Below are positions 1 to 12,505 of a DNA stretch of 64,000 nt, piece by piece (positions within the stretch are counted from its first letter, which is position 1; every line of letters starts with the position of its first letter). The position numbers and the translations under genes are program-made. The notes beneath the pieces are model-generated. The model saw nothing but the letters and a program-made list of their open reading frames with translations. It was not told the origin of the DNA and made no database searches. Source of the stretch: Basidiobolus meristosporus CBS 931.73 (Eukaryota; Fungi; Basidiobolomycota). The stretch lies in the NCBI GenBank assembly GCA_002104905.1, contig MCFE01000409.1:15941-79940 (forward strand). Direction: 5' to 3'.

Positions 1-523
1 AGAGAAGCTCCACTGGGAACTTCCCCAATGATGGGCCAAGCTACTCCCACTGACACTCCTAGCAATGTGTACAATACTAAATAAAACAACAGGTTTCTCC
101 CCGTACAAAGTTCTGTATGGACAAAGACCCAAGTTGTGTGAAGAAGCTGGATTGAAGATGGAAGGGGTCCCCTTGACAACACATAACAACTATGTAGAAA
201 GGTTGATACACCATATCACCCACCTTTACATGAAAGTATTTGAAAATGCTGACAAGCACCTTCCCCCTCCACCCAAGAATGAGAAACTAACAGGACAAAA
301 GTAGAAACCAGGCAATAAAGTCCGGTACAATCAAACCGTTGCAGGCCTCAGGTTTTGCCCACAATTTACACCCCAAGGGATTGGCCCTTGCACTATTGTT
401 AGTTTTGACCATGGGCCAAAGTACACCATCACCCTGAACAATAAGACAATCAGCAATGTAGCACCAGCCCATCTGAAACTGCTTCATGATGAACCACCAA
501 TCATCACTGAAACCAAAGTGTGA
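1..523 (+). pseudogene. Ty3/gypsy pol, integrase C-terminal part (degenerate, starts before the window)
   Basis: Translation W-AKLLPLTLLAM-TILNKTTGFSPYKVLYGQRPKL matches the integrase W..LP....A.RT....TG.SP...LYG..P motif. There are in-frame stops, and the frame ends ...ETKV* at 521-523. Confidence 0.85.
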
Positions 524-611
524 TTAAACAATTATCAGGACAAGGACAGAGGAAGACACAGGATACATATAAAGTTTATTAGAAGGAGATTTTAGTTGAC
601 ATTGGTACAAA

Positions 612-1806
612 TGATATGCACAAGGAAGTTTGCCCAAAGGGGATGACAAAAGAATGCCTATGGAAAGTGCCAAAGGAAACAGCTCACCCATAACTGGCAT
701 TACCCCTCCCACCAGCAAGAATCAATATGATATTGTAAACAAGACCAACCTGCAAGCGTGGAGAGATATGGTACAAGCATTACGTGCAACAAGAGCCACC
801 TATGAAGAGTTGTTTGCCAGAGCAGTCATGTTGATACAAGACACAATCATAGAGGGACAAGACAAGCTACCTGTGCCAATACAAAACATGGAGATACTAC
901 CCAAGAAGACCACGTACCACCTAAGAGGAGGTTCCTTGATCATTAAGGAGAAGGACACTGATTCCTGTATCCATACTGGACACAGTCAGACAGAAGACAC
1001 AAGGAATCAATTGTTGCGCCCTCACAAGACCTCAAGAGCCCCCCTGTTTTGTTGCGTACTTGCCATTAATAGGTACCATGGTTGTTGAGGTATATGCAGA
1101 CCTGGTACAAGCCGCAAGAGCACCAGAAGTAGACCTCCCAATTGAAGGGCTCCTCCAAGATATTTGCAAACATCTTAAACTGCATTTTCAAGAAGGAACC
1201 ATCATAGAGAAGATACGCAAATGGATTAAATACACCAGCCAGTTAACCCATGCAATCCACTAAGTTGCTGTGTTACAACTATTACTGTGGTTTACCATAG
1301 AACAACTCAAGAACCAGTACAAAGTCCAACTCCAAGAAGCCAAAGAAACCGCTACAGACTCTGTAGAAACCATGAGGCAAGTACAAAAGTGCCTCAACTG
1401 CACTACAGTTTCTACGGAAGAACTACAATATGTCTTGGAAGATGCAAAAACTTGTTACTAACAACAGGTGACTGCCAACCAAGTGTATGCCCTCTTCAAA
1501 AGGTCCCCTGCCATCATATTGAACACAAAAAGGACAAGCCCCAGCAATGTTTGCAAGATAAAGGAGCAAGAATTTATTGCGCTATTGCACCTGTTCTTGT
1601 TCTCCAACCCTCCCAAGGAACTTACCCAGAACCCTATGGTTTGCCACCCATTTAGCTCTGTGGAAAACATCCCTCAAGCAATGCAAGCAACACCCCACTC
1701 TGTTGCCAAATGGTATCAGGTATTTGCCTGCAAACCCCTTGCAAGTGACAACCAGCAATGGTACTATGGCAACTCCCCATGCTCTGTGAGCAAAATCAAC
1801 CCTTGA
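612..1806 (+). pseudogene. Degenerate extra ORF (ORF3) between gypsy pol and the 3' LTR, unknown function
   Basis: ORF-track pieces 1060-1263, 1270-1461 and 1468-1806 share one frame and are split only by single TAA codons. Piece 630-1088 is one frameshift away. All lie between the pol stop and the LTR. Confidence 0.6.
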
Positions 1807-1863
1807 GAAGCAAGTTAGTCATAGATCTTCAAGGACAAAGCTCCCTTTAACCCCCGGGATATG

Positions 1864-2208
1864 TGAGTACTAAATGCAGTACCCACTCTTTGCCCAAGAG
1901 TTCTCCCCAGAGTCCTACCCAAAGTCCCCCAGTATCCTACCTATGATTCCCCACCTGCCCTCCCTCCTATCCCTGCCCTTATCTAGTTAGAACACTTACC
2001 ATAGTAGAAAGGTGCTCACACCCCTATTTATAACACATTTTGTATTATCTAAGCCCCCCCAAGTGATATATATATACCCAATTGAGCCAAGTGAGGGGAC
2101 AAGAGGATTTGGATGGAATAAACACAAGTCTTTATTACCTTACTACCTTCTATTGGAAGCTATTCCAAACCAAATGGTAATGACTTGACCTACAAGCTCT
2201 CCCACTCA
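1864..2208 (+). repeat. 3' LTR of the gypsy element
   Basis: TGAGT...ACTCA terminal inverted repeat, TATATATA at ~2068 and AATAAA at ~2118. The start could be 1862. Confidence 0.6.
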
Positions 2209-2231
2209 CCAAGTACAGTCAGTAATAACCC

Positions 2232-3005
2232 ACAGAGTGGAGATCCCACTGACAGATAAGGCTATAACTTCAAGAGCTCAAAAGACTATCACAATGCCTT
2301 CAGTGGAATTTTGGAACATTAATAGGCACACCAAGAGGTTGCCATACTCCTTCAAGTGCAGTGCTCAAGAAAATGCACAGTAATATTTCAAGGATTTATT
2401 GGAATGACTGGCAGATGAGGAGCTAGACCTTGCAGTGCCAGCTGAGGATCAGGACATGTGGGAACCAGTGAATGAACAGTGGCATGAAGCCATTGGGTTC
2501 CTGTCAAAGTCATGGAACCAGAGCATTACAGCAAAAATACTTATTGAGTTGTGGATTTTAAGGGGGTCACATGTTGAGTGTGGGGTTGGGCTTGATGTTA
2601 GTGTAGGGTATAGGGACTTGTATAGGTCAATACAATTGGCAATTGAGGTACAACTGAAACTTCAAACAGAATAAATCAATTTGTTTACATGAAAAGTAAG
2701 AGAAATGACTGGTTCAGGAAGTAAGGAGTGTGAAAAAGAGGCAATAGCCAATCAATGCACACAAACATAGGAAGCAATAGAGAGTCCAAGATCAGAAAGA
2801 GAGCAAATTGGCAGGGAACCAATCAAAAGCCACTTATACATTGTTGTGATGAAGAATTTTGACTTAGAATTTTGTGAAATCTGGGGTGAAATTATTTTTC
2901 AACGGTCTCTAGATGGTGCCCTGACAGGATCAGTACCTCTCAGTCACAGGACTTTAACTTTGTGATGGTTGTTTGATGGGATCATCTCAATAATTTTTCA
3001 TAGGG
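2232..3005 (+). mobile_element. CCC-ended CMC/EnSpm element, right-end fragment (ORF2 C-terminus plus right TIR)
   Basis: Homologous to 51970-52742. Ends ...TAATTTTTCATAGGG at 3005, directly against a transposase remnant. Confidence 0.85.
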
Positions 3006-4150
3006 TGATAGGAGCCCATGAGTAGGACTTAAGGTAGCAGATACTCTGTAATATCTTGCCAATTGTTTCAAGTTTCTCTTGTATCTCAAAGGGCTCATTT
3101 AGCATGAAATGCCCCAAGTACAAATTGGTCAACAGTATACGGATATTGTTGAAAAGCAAATGCATTTCTCCCAGTGAAAAGCTTTTGCTCCAACACATAC
3201 CCTATATCTTTAGTATCTGTAGTTTGCAATTAATTACATTTTTGGCCAATGGCTTATAGCTTGCCAACTTTGCTGCAATTGCATGCTGACTTCTGTATGT
3301 TCTCTTTGCAGAAAGATTGTGTTGTCAGTGTTTGTGTTTGAGTAATAATAATGTATGTGAGTTATGGAGTAAGTCACCTGGATCTCACATGTCCAACAGC
3401 AATACTGTCCATTTTGCCCAGAAAAGTTGGCTATCTTGCTTATAGCTGAGGTATCTCCTATGCAGATAATATTATGCACTTTGACATAACTGCCATTTAC
3501 TGTTATCCTGCTGCAAAGTATACAAAATTCATCCAGCATTGGATACAGGTAGCTTTCCAGTTGGAACTGTGATTAAGGCCCAGATACCAATGAGACTCCC
3601 ATCAGCTTTATGCTCTGATACCATAAGATAGGCGGCAGATTCAGGTTGATGAGAATCAGTGGCCAGTAGGATTTGCTGGTAGAGCACTTGTTTCATGAGA
3701 AACTGTCAAGTGCCAAGGCAAAGGCAAAGGCAATGTCATACATACCATCAAAGTAGCTCTTGCCTCTTAGCTGATTGTAATGTTTGCCATCAAATATATC
3801 TGATATGTTTGCTCTTGATTGACACCAGGCAGAGTACTTTATAGCTTCACAATATTTGTTGGACTGCATGAGCTTTGTTAGACAGGGTACTAACAGAATA
3901 TATTCAGAGTATCAACAATGTTTTCATCCAATAGTGATGGATTCCTGACAAGATGGACACCTTGCAATGGTGACATTTTCTGATGTGAATGCCATGCAGC
4001 TTTTAACACAAGCTGATATCAGGATGGTCTTGGGGTCATATGTTGCCAGCTGCATGATGGTTTTTCACTTTTACCATGCATATGGTAAGCTACATACTGG
4101 ATTGATTTTGGCAATAAGCAGTAGTAAATCCTCAAAGCCTCCACTACTGA

Positions 4151-4518
4151 TGTTATGATCTGCTGCTTGAATGTTTAAGTTAGATCAGTTTTTAGTCAAA
4201 TCCATTAGTATATGTCTAGGTTAGCAGTATATCAGTATTATCTATGAAATCAGTAGCATTAGTCAGCAAATGAATCAGCAGATCTTTATCAGACAGAAAT
4301 AGATATATTAAGTAAGATCTTATTGGGTGATGATGATGCAATCAAATGAGTCATCAGCCACAGCCTACATTAGGAAATACAATTAGTCAGCAATTGATCT
4401 GGCAAAATGTATATAAGGAGCTGTTGGAACCTCAATAAAAATCAGTTCAAGTTTTAGTGAATACAATACTAGCTAAACTCCCTATTCCTCTACAGCTCTT
4501 ATACTAAGATTTGTAACA
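4151..4518 (+). repeat. Solo LTR, family C (368 bp, 4-bp TSD CTGA)
   Basis: TGTTA...TAACA termini with CTGA on both sides. Removing it restores the transposase sequence TACTGATATTAG. A second copy lies at 14286-14652. Confidence 0.85.
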
Positions 4519-6502
4519 CTGATATTAGTGGAAACACACCACCTCTCTAGCCACAATAACTCATCATTCATCAGTAGCTGGATCACTGGGCTCACTTGTC
4601 TTCATAGAATATCCTTGGCATTTTTTTCCACAGGTGTTATCTCATTGCATAATGGGATTTTGCTGGGCGCATGCAGGGTGCTGTTGTGAGAGAATATAGG
4701 CTCACCACCCATCAGTGAGCCTGCTTCTTGAGGGCTATCATTCTGCATGCCATATTCAGAAGACTGGGGTGAGCCTGCAGATGTCACAAGCTCACCTGAC
4801 TCAGTTTGCACAAGGTGACAAGAACAGCCAGATACTGTTATATTAATATCAAGTGGCCAGCAAGATATTGTTTATGCAGTAGTGATGGGTAAATGGTCAA
4901 ATATGACCTGGGTGGCAAAATGCTGGCCATGATCCTTGCAATACTTCCAATGCTGTCTGTGTGCTTCACAGCCAAGAGGCTTGCTAAAATAGCCACATGG
5001 TCCTTTTTCTCCTCTCTTGTGATGTTTATTCAATGTAGTCTTGTCCATGTGGCAAGCAGCTTGATGCTCAACAATGTGACAATATTATATCACTTTTAGT
5101 CAATACTCATGAGAGTTTAAGACAGTCATGTATTTGAAACATTGTACCTACATGAAAGTACAATTCAATGATGACCCACTGTAGTAAGCATTGTAGGTAA
5201 AGTTGTGGTACCACATAAACATGCATACATAAGACCACTTCCCCTTAGGTTCAGCTCACTTCCATATATATGAGGCTAAAAAATAATGCCAAGTTGTCTG
5301 GTTCCCAACCAAACCCCACTGCTGATAGTAGTAGAAGAACAGCTTGACAACAGCTTACTTTGACATTCAGTGCAGAAAGCAGGGTTACAACCAAAAAAGG
5401 CCTGGTGAACAGTGTGCCTACTGAAGGGAATAATGTAGACCCCTCAGGCTTTCAGTCAAGTATGCAACTGGGGATCTTTGCAGAGTTACAAGCCAAACAT
5501 ATTGCTGAGGCAGATGAGAATGTAGCAACAGCAGTACCTTCAGTTGAAGACCAGCAAGTAGCTGTCATAACATCACCACCACCTGTATTAGCAAGTATGT
5601 CATCAGCTCATACCAAAGTATATATGTGGCAATTAGGTGCTGTGACCAATAGGATAAATGTAATGGCCTTGAAAAAACAGGCAATAGTCCAGAAATATTA
5701 TGAGCAGATAAAAGATGTAGAGCAATCAATGTCCCATGTAGAGAAAGCAGTATCTTTGCTGCAAACAAGGAGCTCAAGTAGCTCAACATCACAGCCAAGA
5801 ATTGAGCCATTTCCTGATGTAACAGCAGAGGAACACTGTACAGGCTTTGAAGTAAAATATCAGTGCCCAAAGATAAAGCCCACAGAAAAACCTATTACAG
5901 CATGGGAGGGAGTAAATATAGTGTTTATACTAGTGCCTAAAAATCAAGAGACACTAAAGAACTGCAAAGGCATTGAGTGCAATAATGAAGAGTGGGCTAA
6001 TATTCAAGAGGCTGTTAGAAGTCTAGCATGCCATCACCTTAAGGCTGGCATACCATGGGACCATCAGGAACTAGAGGTTGAGCAGAATGCGCTTGACTTG
6101 ATCCATGAGCATTATCCTGGATTCAAATGGGCAAACAAATCTTGGGCCAGCATTGGGTATGCTAAGAAAGTATCTTAAGAATAGCAGAAACTGTCAAAGG
6201 CAGAAGTGCAAGGATGCCATGACTAAAAACCAGCCTCTTCCTCAAGAGCCTGTAAGAAGCAGGGCAAAAAGCTCCATACAAGTGTCAAAGAGGCATCAGG
6301 TAGTCTGAGGAATGCCAATAAGGGAAAAGCAGGCAGACATAGATGTGCCAGCACAACATTTATAAAGGAAAAAGTGTAGTTTTACTCAAGAAGCACTCAG
6401 TTAAGGTAGCAGTGAAGGACCTGGTAGTGATAAAACACATAGCTACCTTGGGAGCCTGTCACAGCATGGGTCCAGAGCTTGAAACAAGCAGGAAAGAAGC
6501 AT

Positions 6503-7930
6503 TGTAGTGGGGTCAGAGTGACACCTGCTGACACATGTGCTCATTCACATATTTTCCACTTCCTTATTTCTCTACTACACTTATTATAGTTTTATCTCAA
6601 TTGTGTTACTTGATCTATACTATCCCATAAGCTGGCTGACTATCACACCTGCTTACCTTATTGCATAAGTTATCCTTCACTTTATGTAAGATTACTAGCT
6701 GAAAGTACTTCTATATGAGGCAAGTATACATGCTAGTACCCATAACACATGACTAAACTGCATTACCATCCCTACCATTTTGATAACACATATGGTATCC
6801 CTATATTATACAGGTATCAGATTACTGAACCCTGATTGGTTGGGTCTGCTGTGCCTATTAGAACCTTCCAGCCCCTACTTTGTACATTTTTGCTCCTTCT
6901 GATGTCATTAAGATTTCTATTTGACCACTGGAACCTTCTGGAACACCATGATTAGTAATCACTTTGCCAGTGGGAAAAGTATATAAGGGGGCAATCATTC
7001 AACAATAAATCATGATCCCTTTTATCAAAATACCAGCTTGTTGACCAGTGTATTCACTGCTACCTGCTGCTCCCTGAACTTCCGGTCCCAGACCACAGGT
7101 CACTCCCAGGAAACTGCACTGACAGCCAACTGACCTGGTAGGCACTGCTTGTGAGGATTACTCAGAGTAGGTATCTTTTATTATATTTGATTCATTCCCA
7201 AGTTTGTTCTTGTACAGGCAAAGATACTTTTCTGTCTTTGTGACTATTGACCACAGCTGCATTCTTATCAAGTCCCTGCTGGTGGAGTTTACAGTTGTTT
7301 GCCTTTGGAAGGTTTAGTGCATTTTCATCTCAAAATAAGTTGAACCCAGCACATACTTATGTTCAGATGCCAACTAAGTTGGGGTTTATAGCTCTATGAT
7401 TTTCCCTTGACAAGCTTGTGGCTTTATTCCCCATCACATTAGATTAGAGACAGAACCCAAGCTTTCCTAGAAAGATTTTGCCAGAGGTTGTTGTACCCAG
7501 TGAACACCCCACACTCATAACACTTGAAAAGTGTTAGACATATCTCTCCCTTGAACTTATACACCACATATTTGGCACGCAACATGGTGGGCTCATTCAA
7601 GCTCACTAGGACCCAACAAGATTTGCCTGAAGATTTGAGCCATTATCCACTTATTGAAAAGAGTACCAATATTATCAAGATTGCAACACCAACTTACTTA
7701 CCCAAAATGAGCTCTATGCCATTATCACTCTCACATGGAGCCCCACAGTTTGATGGAAAGAAAGTGGAAAGCTTCATATTCAAATGGAAGAGCACTGCAA
7801 GATGTGCAGCCTATCTGAACAAGAAATGGCTGAAGACTTCCTCCACTGCTGCACCAATGATAGTTCCAATAAGCTTCTCAGACAAGGAGACATTCTCATT
7901 GACTGGGCCTTGATGAAGACCTACCCACAA
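6503..7930 (+). mobile_element. Gypsy-type family D: ~1.07-kb 5' LTR (6503-7568), PBS and truncated gag start
   Basis: TGTAGTG...CACCACA termini. It is followed by TATTTGGCACGCAACATGG (resembles a decayed tRNA-Lys PBS, TGGCGCCCAACGTGG) and the gag-like peptide SHGAPQFDGKKVESFIFKWKS. The same LTR occurs at 27347-28406. Confidence 0.7.
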
Positions 7931-9164
7931 AATGTCTGGTAGTCAGAAGAGTGCCCATATGGGACAGGCAGGCAGAAACAGATGCATCAGTGCAGCATTT
8001 GACAAGGAGACAAATTGTTCAGTACAAGATGCACTCAGTCATAGTAGCAGTGAAGGACTTGAAAGTGATAAAAACATCCAGCTTTCTCAGGAGCCCATCA
8101 CAAGCAGGGCTGAAAGCTCCAAGCATGTGCCAAAGAAATATAAAGTTGCTGGGAGAGTGCTAGCAAGAGACAAGCAGGCAAAAATAGTTGCACCAGTATG
8201 GCATTCAACAAGGAGAAAATAAAATAGAATTCAAGAAGCATTTAGTCAAAATGACATTGAAGGACTCAACGGTGATGAAAACCTGCAGCTTTTTCAGGAG
8301 CCTGTCCAAAGCAGGGCTAATAGCTTTAAGCAAGTGGCTAAGAAATGTCATGTTACCGGCAGAGTACTGGCAAGGGGCAAGCTGGCAGAAATAGATGCAC
8401 TAGTGCACCATTAATCAAGAAAAAAACAGAGTACCATACCAGAATCACTTAGTCAAAGTAGCAGTGAAAGACTTTGCAGTGATAAATATAATGGTAAAAA
8501 AAAGGTGTATCTAAGCCAGAGACAGGTAGGTGTGTGAAGATGCCGCAGTTCTCACCAATGAGCAATGGCAGCCCAGAACAAGTTGAATCCCGCAATAGCC
8601 AGGAAGAATTACTAATAAATCATCAGCTGTTTTCTCATGTGCTGGAAGTGCAGCCAGTTAAGCTACCATCCAGTGGGGTAAATGAGTATGCTGAGGGAAG
8701 CTATCTGTCTATCATGGCCACCACATCAGCCATGGTAGACAGAGTGGAGATTCCACTGATGGGCAGAGTAACAATGCAAAGAACTCAAGAGACTATCACT
8801 ATGCCTAAGGCAGAATTTTGCAACATTAATAGGGATATCAAGAGGTTGCAGCACTTCTGTTAGAACAGTGCTCCAGAAAATGCTCCTGACTAATGCAAGG
8901 ATCTATTGCAAACACTGGCAGATGAGGTATTAGACCTTGCAGTGCTAGGTGAATACTAGGACATATGTGAACCAGTGAGTTTACAGTGGCATAAAGCCAC
9001 AGGGTTCCTGCCAAAGTCATGTAAAAAGGGCATTGCAGCAGAAAAACTTATTGAAAGGCTGATTACAATGTAGCTCATTGCAGAGTGTAGAGTTGAGCTT
9101 AGTATTAGTGTTGGGTATAGAGACTTGTATAGGTCAATATAATTGGCAATTGGCAACCTGGGCA

Positions 9165-11886
9165 AATATTTCCCAAAGTCTGGTCCCTAGATCTGGGAAT
9201 AGCCTTGTGCTTATTGACAGTACCCATCAATGCTATTGTGAACTTGTAGACCCATTTGCATCCAATTGGCCATTTCCCGTCTGGTAAATCTATCATTTTG
9301 CACATTTTTGCCTTTATCAGTGATTGTTACCCCTCCTGAGTGGCTTATTGCCAAATAGTAGCATCTTGACTCAGCATTGCCTGTTCCATATTCTGAGGTT
9401 GGCGTATAAGGCCAGATAAGCTTCTTAATGATTGTTTGATGTCTGACACCCGGATCCAGGGGCATTTCTTGTTCCAGTAAATCCCCTAGCTGCAATAATA
9501 TGCTCTGATCTGGAGCTGGTATAACTGTCTTCCATATCTGGCTGAGTTAGGAGCACATCCTCTTCAATAGTGGTTATTGCATTATCAAGAAGCTGGCCAA
9601 TGCTTTGAGTGGCCTTCTGATCTAAATCCTCCTCAAATACACCATTCCTGCACTTGATCAGATTCTGAATTTTGCCATCATACACTCTTACCCTGTAGTA
9701 TCCTCACAATTCCCAAGAAAGATACCTTTTCTACTCTGGGTTCTAACTTTGAGCATTTTTTGTCATAGATGTGATAGATGATTCCACTGCCAAAGATCCT
9801 GAGGTGCTGAAGGTCTGGTTTTTTGCCTGTTAATGCTTCAAAGGGTGTAAAGTCATGTGGTGCTGTTGTTGGATATCTATTACGATGTATACTAAGGTAA
9901 AACAGATTCAGCCCAAAACTAGTAGTCTGTTCCCTTATCATGAAGCATATATCTTCCCATCTCTACTGTTGTTCCATTTGCATGTTCTGCTAATCCATTT
10001 TGCTGGGGAGTGTTTAGAACAGTGGCCTGTTGAAGTAAACCAATAGGTGAGGAGCATTTTGCAGACGCTGTTGAGCATTATTACCCTCCATTGTCACTTC
10101 AAAGTACCTTCAATTTACACCCAGTTTGTGCTTCTGCCATGATATTGAAGTTCTCAAACATCTTTAAAGCCTCCACCTTTGGTGGAGGAAGTACAACCAT
10201 GTATATCTTGTCTTGTCATTGATAAATGTTGTAAAGTATCTCTTGGCTCCAAAGGAAAGTGCTTGAGTGTGCCTGCATATGTCTGAGCATATAATAGCCA
10301 ATATTCCAGTGGTGTTAATGCCTCCTGAGTTCAGGAAGCATTACCTAGCTTGTTTGCCATATAAACATCCCTTACAGACTCTCAATTTGACTTGAATTAA
10401 GTAATTCAATCCCAAAAGAAGCTAATTTATTACCAATTGGCTCATTTTCTGTTCCAAAATGTATCTTAGCCTCCTATGCTACATCCCCCATTTAGTTTTG
10501 TCTGTTCCAGCAAGGATGGCATACCCAGGTACAATGATCTTGCATTGTAACTTGTATATACCAGCTGATGTTAGCTTGCAGTGCAGAATTTTTCCCCGGA
10601 TAAGTCTTTCTTACTGGAATAGTCTTTAAGTTGCTGAGCCACTCCTCAATACTGCAAATATGCTGTGATGCTCCAGAGTCAATATACCACTCTTTACTTT
10701 GGCTACTTGCGCTCTCTTGTACAGTTAAAAATTACTGTTTATATGTAAATACATGGTTTGCCTGCTCCAGTTTCCAATTTTGTGTGCTTTTTCTGCTTTC
10801 ATTCTCTCTCCCAGTGTCCTGTCTTCTTAAAGCAGTCACAGCAACAAGGTTCTCTTTAATTTTGTTGCTTTCCCTTCTTTTCTGCATGCTTTTCTGAGCC
10901 CAATAAAGCATTATCTTCAATTTTCTCTTCTTGAACATTTTGTCTCAGTTCTTCATGAAGATGTCTTCTTTTTGTATAGTCTTAAGTCAGACTGTCTTCT
11001 CTGCTTTAAAAGAGAGTATAAGTGCCACATACCTGTTTGGTAAGCTGAATGTGTCTCCACTTGGGTATGAGTTATAGAATGTCATCATCTGGCTTATTCC
11101 TCATGGTGAAAAACTTTTGTTTTAAATGCAGCTTGCTTGATGTTGACTTTGAGCTAAAGAACTTCTCTAAGGTTACCCATGCTGCTTTGGCAGTATTTGA
11201 AGCAAGTATTTGTCCAATGAAGGAATCCTGCACACTATTACATATGGCATTAAAGGCATTTCACCTCCTTCTCTTGAAACTTATCCACTTCTTCTGCTGT
11301 TCCTTTGGGCTCAACTTCTCTTCCTGTTACTATACTTTATAGCTATCATTCCTTAGAATGGATCTGCATCTTGATTCTCCAAAGTCTGAAGTTCTTCCCT
11401 TCAAGCCTCACCATTACAGGTAAGATGTTTGTATTGTTGTGTTTGCTGGTAAAAGTCATATTTTGGATAGATCAAAGCAATTGGGGCTCATAACCTGTTG
11501 CAATTTGACAAGTAAATTGGATATAGGGAACCTATCAAGAAATAGTATATAATAGTTGAGCTATTGTTTATTTACATGGAGGCTCAGTTTATATACCTTT
11601 GTAGAAGTAGTAAAACTGTGACACCAAGTAAGGAGGGTTTCTCAACACTCAGGAGCATTCTGTAACAGTTTCAGGGTTAGTAAATAGTGTTTAGTAAAAG
11701 TGCTAATTTGATCTTGACTGGAGGGGAATACTCATTGGATCATAGATCTGAGAAGTGTAGTAAGCTTTGGGCTGTGGTTTAGTTCTAGAGTGACCAAAAT
11801 TAGTCCACAAGTGTCAGGTAAATTTTTGGCTGCTGAATGATACAAAAATGTCTAATATCACCGCAAAAACATCTTGAATTTCAACA
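9165..11886 (-). mobile_element. Ty1/copia family A, old truncated copy (5' LTR, gag, integrase, start of RT)
   Basis: Reverse-complement homology to 17231-20215. PBS GGTTATGAGCCCC at 11483-11495 and LTR at ~11496-11886. Many stops. Confidence 0.85.
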
Positions 11887-12200
11887 TGGAATATCTTGTA
11901 TATCTGCCAGGTACTTCTGTTACTTGACCAATATTTTCCTTGTTACTGCTGACTTTAGTATACCATGTACAAGCACTTAGGTTCTTGTTTGTATGAGTTC
12001 CAAATTGACATATGTAGAAATTGGACTGTACCAAGTTGAAGCCCAACATACTTTGGTAAAGTCCTCCTTATGAACATCAGTGGCCTGACACATCTAAGCC
12101 CACCTTGCATTACTTAACTGATTACCCAGACATTGAGGCTGCTTAGCTGCTTAATGCCAAAGGTGTAGGTACCTCTATGTGCTCATCTGTGCTGAGTATT
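11887..12200 (-). pseudogene. CMC transposase C-terminal fragment
   Basis: Homologous to 47600-47950 (NFY...THTNK and KLSSPN motifs). Boundaries are approximate. Confidence 0.6.
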
Positions 12201-12505
12201 TTCCAACTCTTCCCCACTATTCCTTATTTGCAAACACATCACAGCCACAATTGACACAAAGGTTATTTTATGATCAGAATGGTGTTAAGTAGCACTTAAA
12301 ACCTCAGATATCCCCTGAAAGATAATTTGGTCCCATATGTGCATTCATTCTTTATCTGCTGTCTGGATCCTATGATGAGTCTATCATAACACTGGCAGCT
12401 TAGCATTATTGGCACTCTACACAGTCTTTTGACAGGATTCTGATGGCATTTTGCTGATTTTACTGCCAAATAAAGTTAAAAAATAGATGTTATTTGAGCA
12501 TACTT

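Larger units (their letters stand above)
3006..9160. mobile_element. Old CMC/EnSpm copy (transposase minus, ORF2 plus), interrupted by two LTR insertions
   Basis: Transposase remnants at 3006-5100 (IICIGDTSAISKIANFSGQNGQYCCWTC) and ORF2 remnants at 5286-6502 and 7935-9150 align to the complete copy. Boundaries are approximate. Confidence 0.85.
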
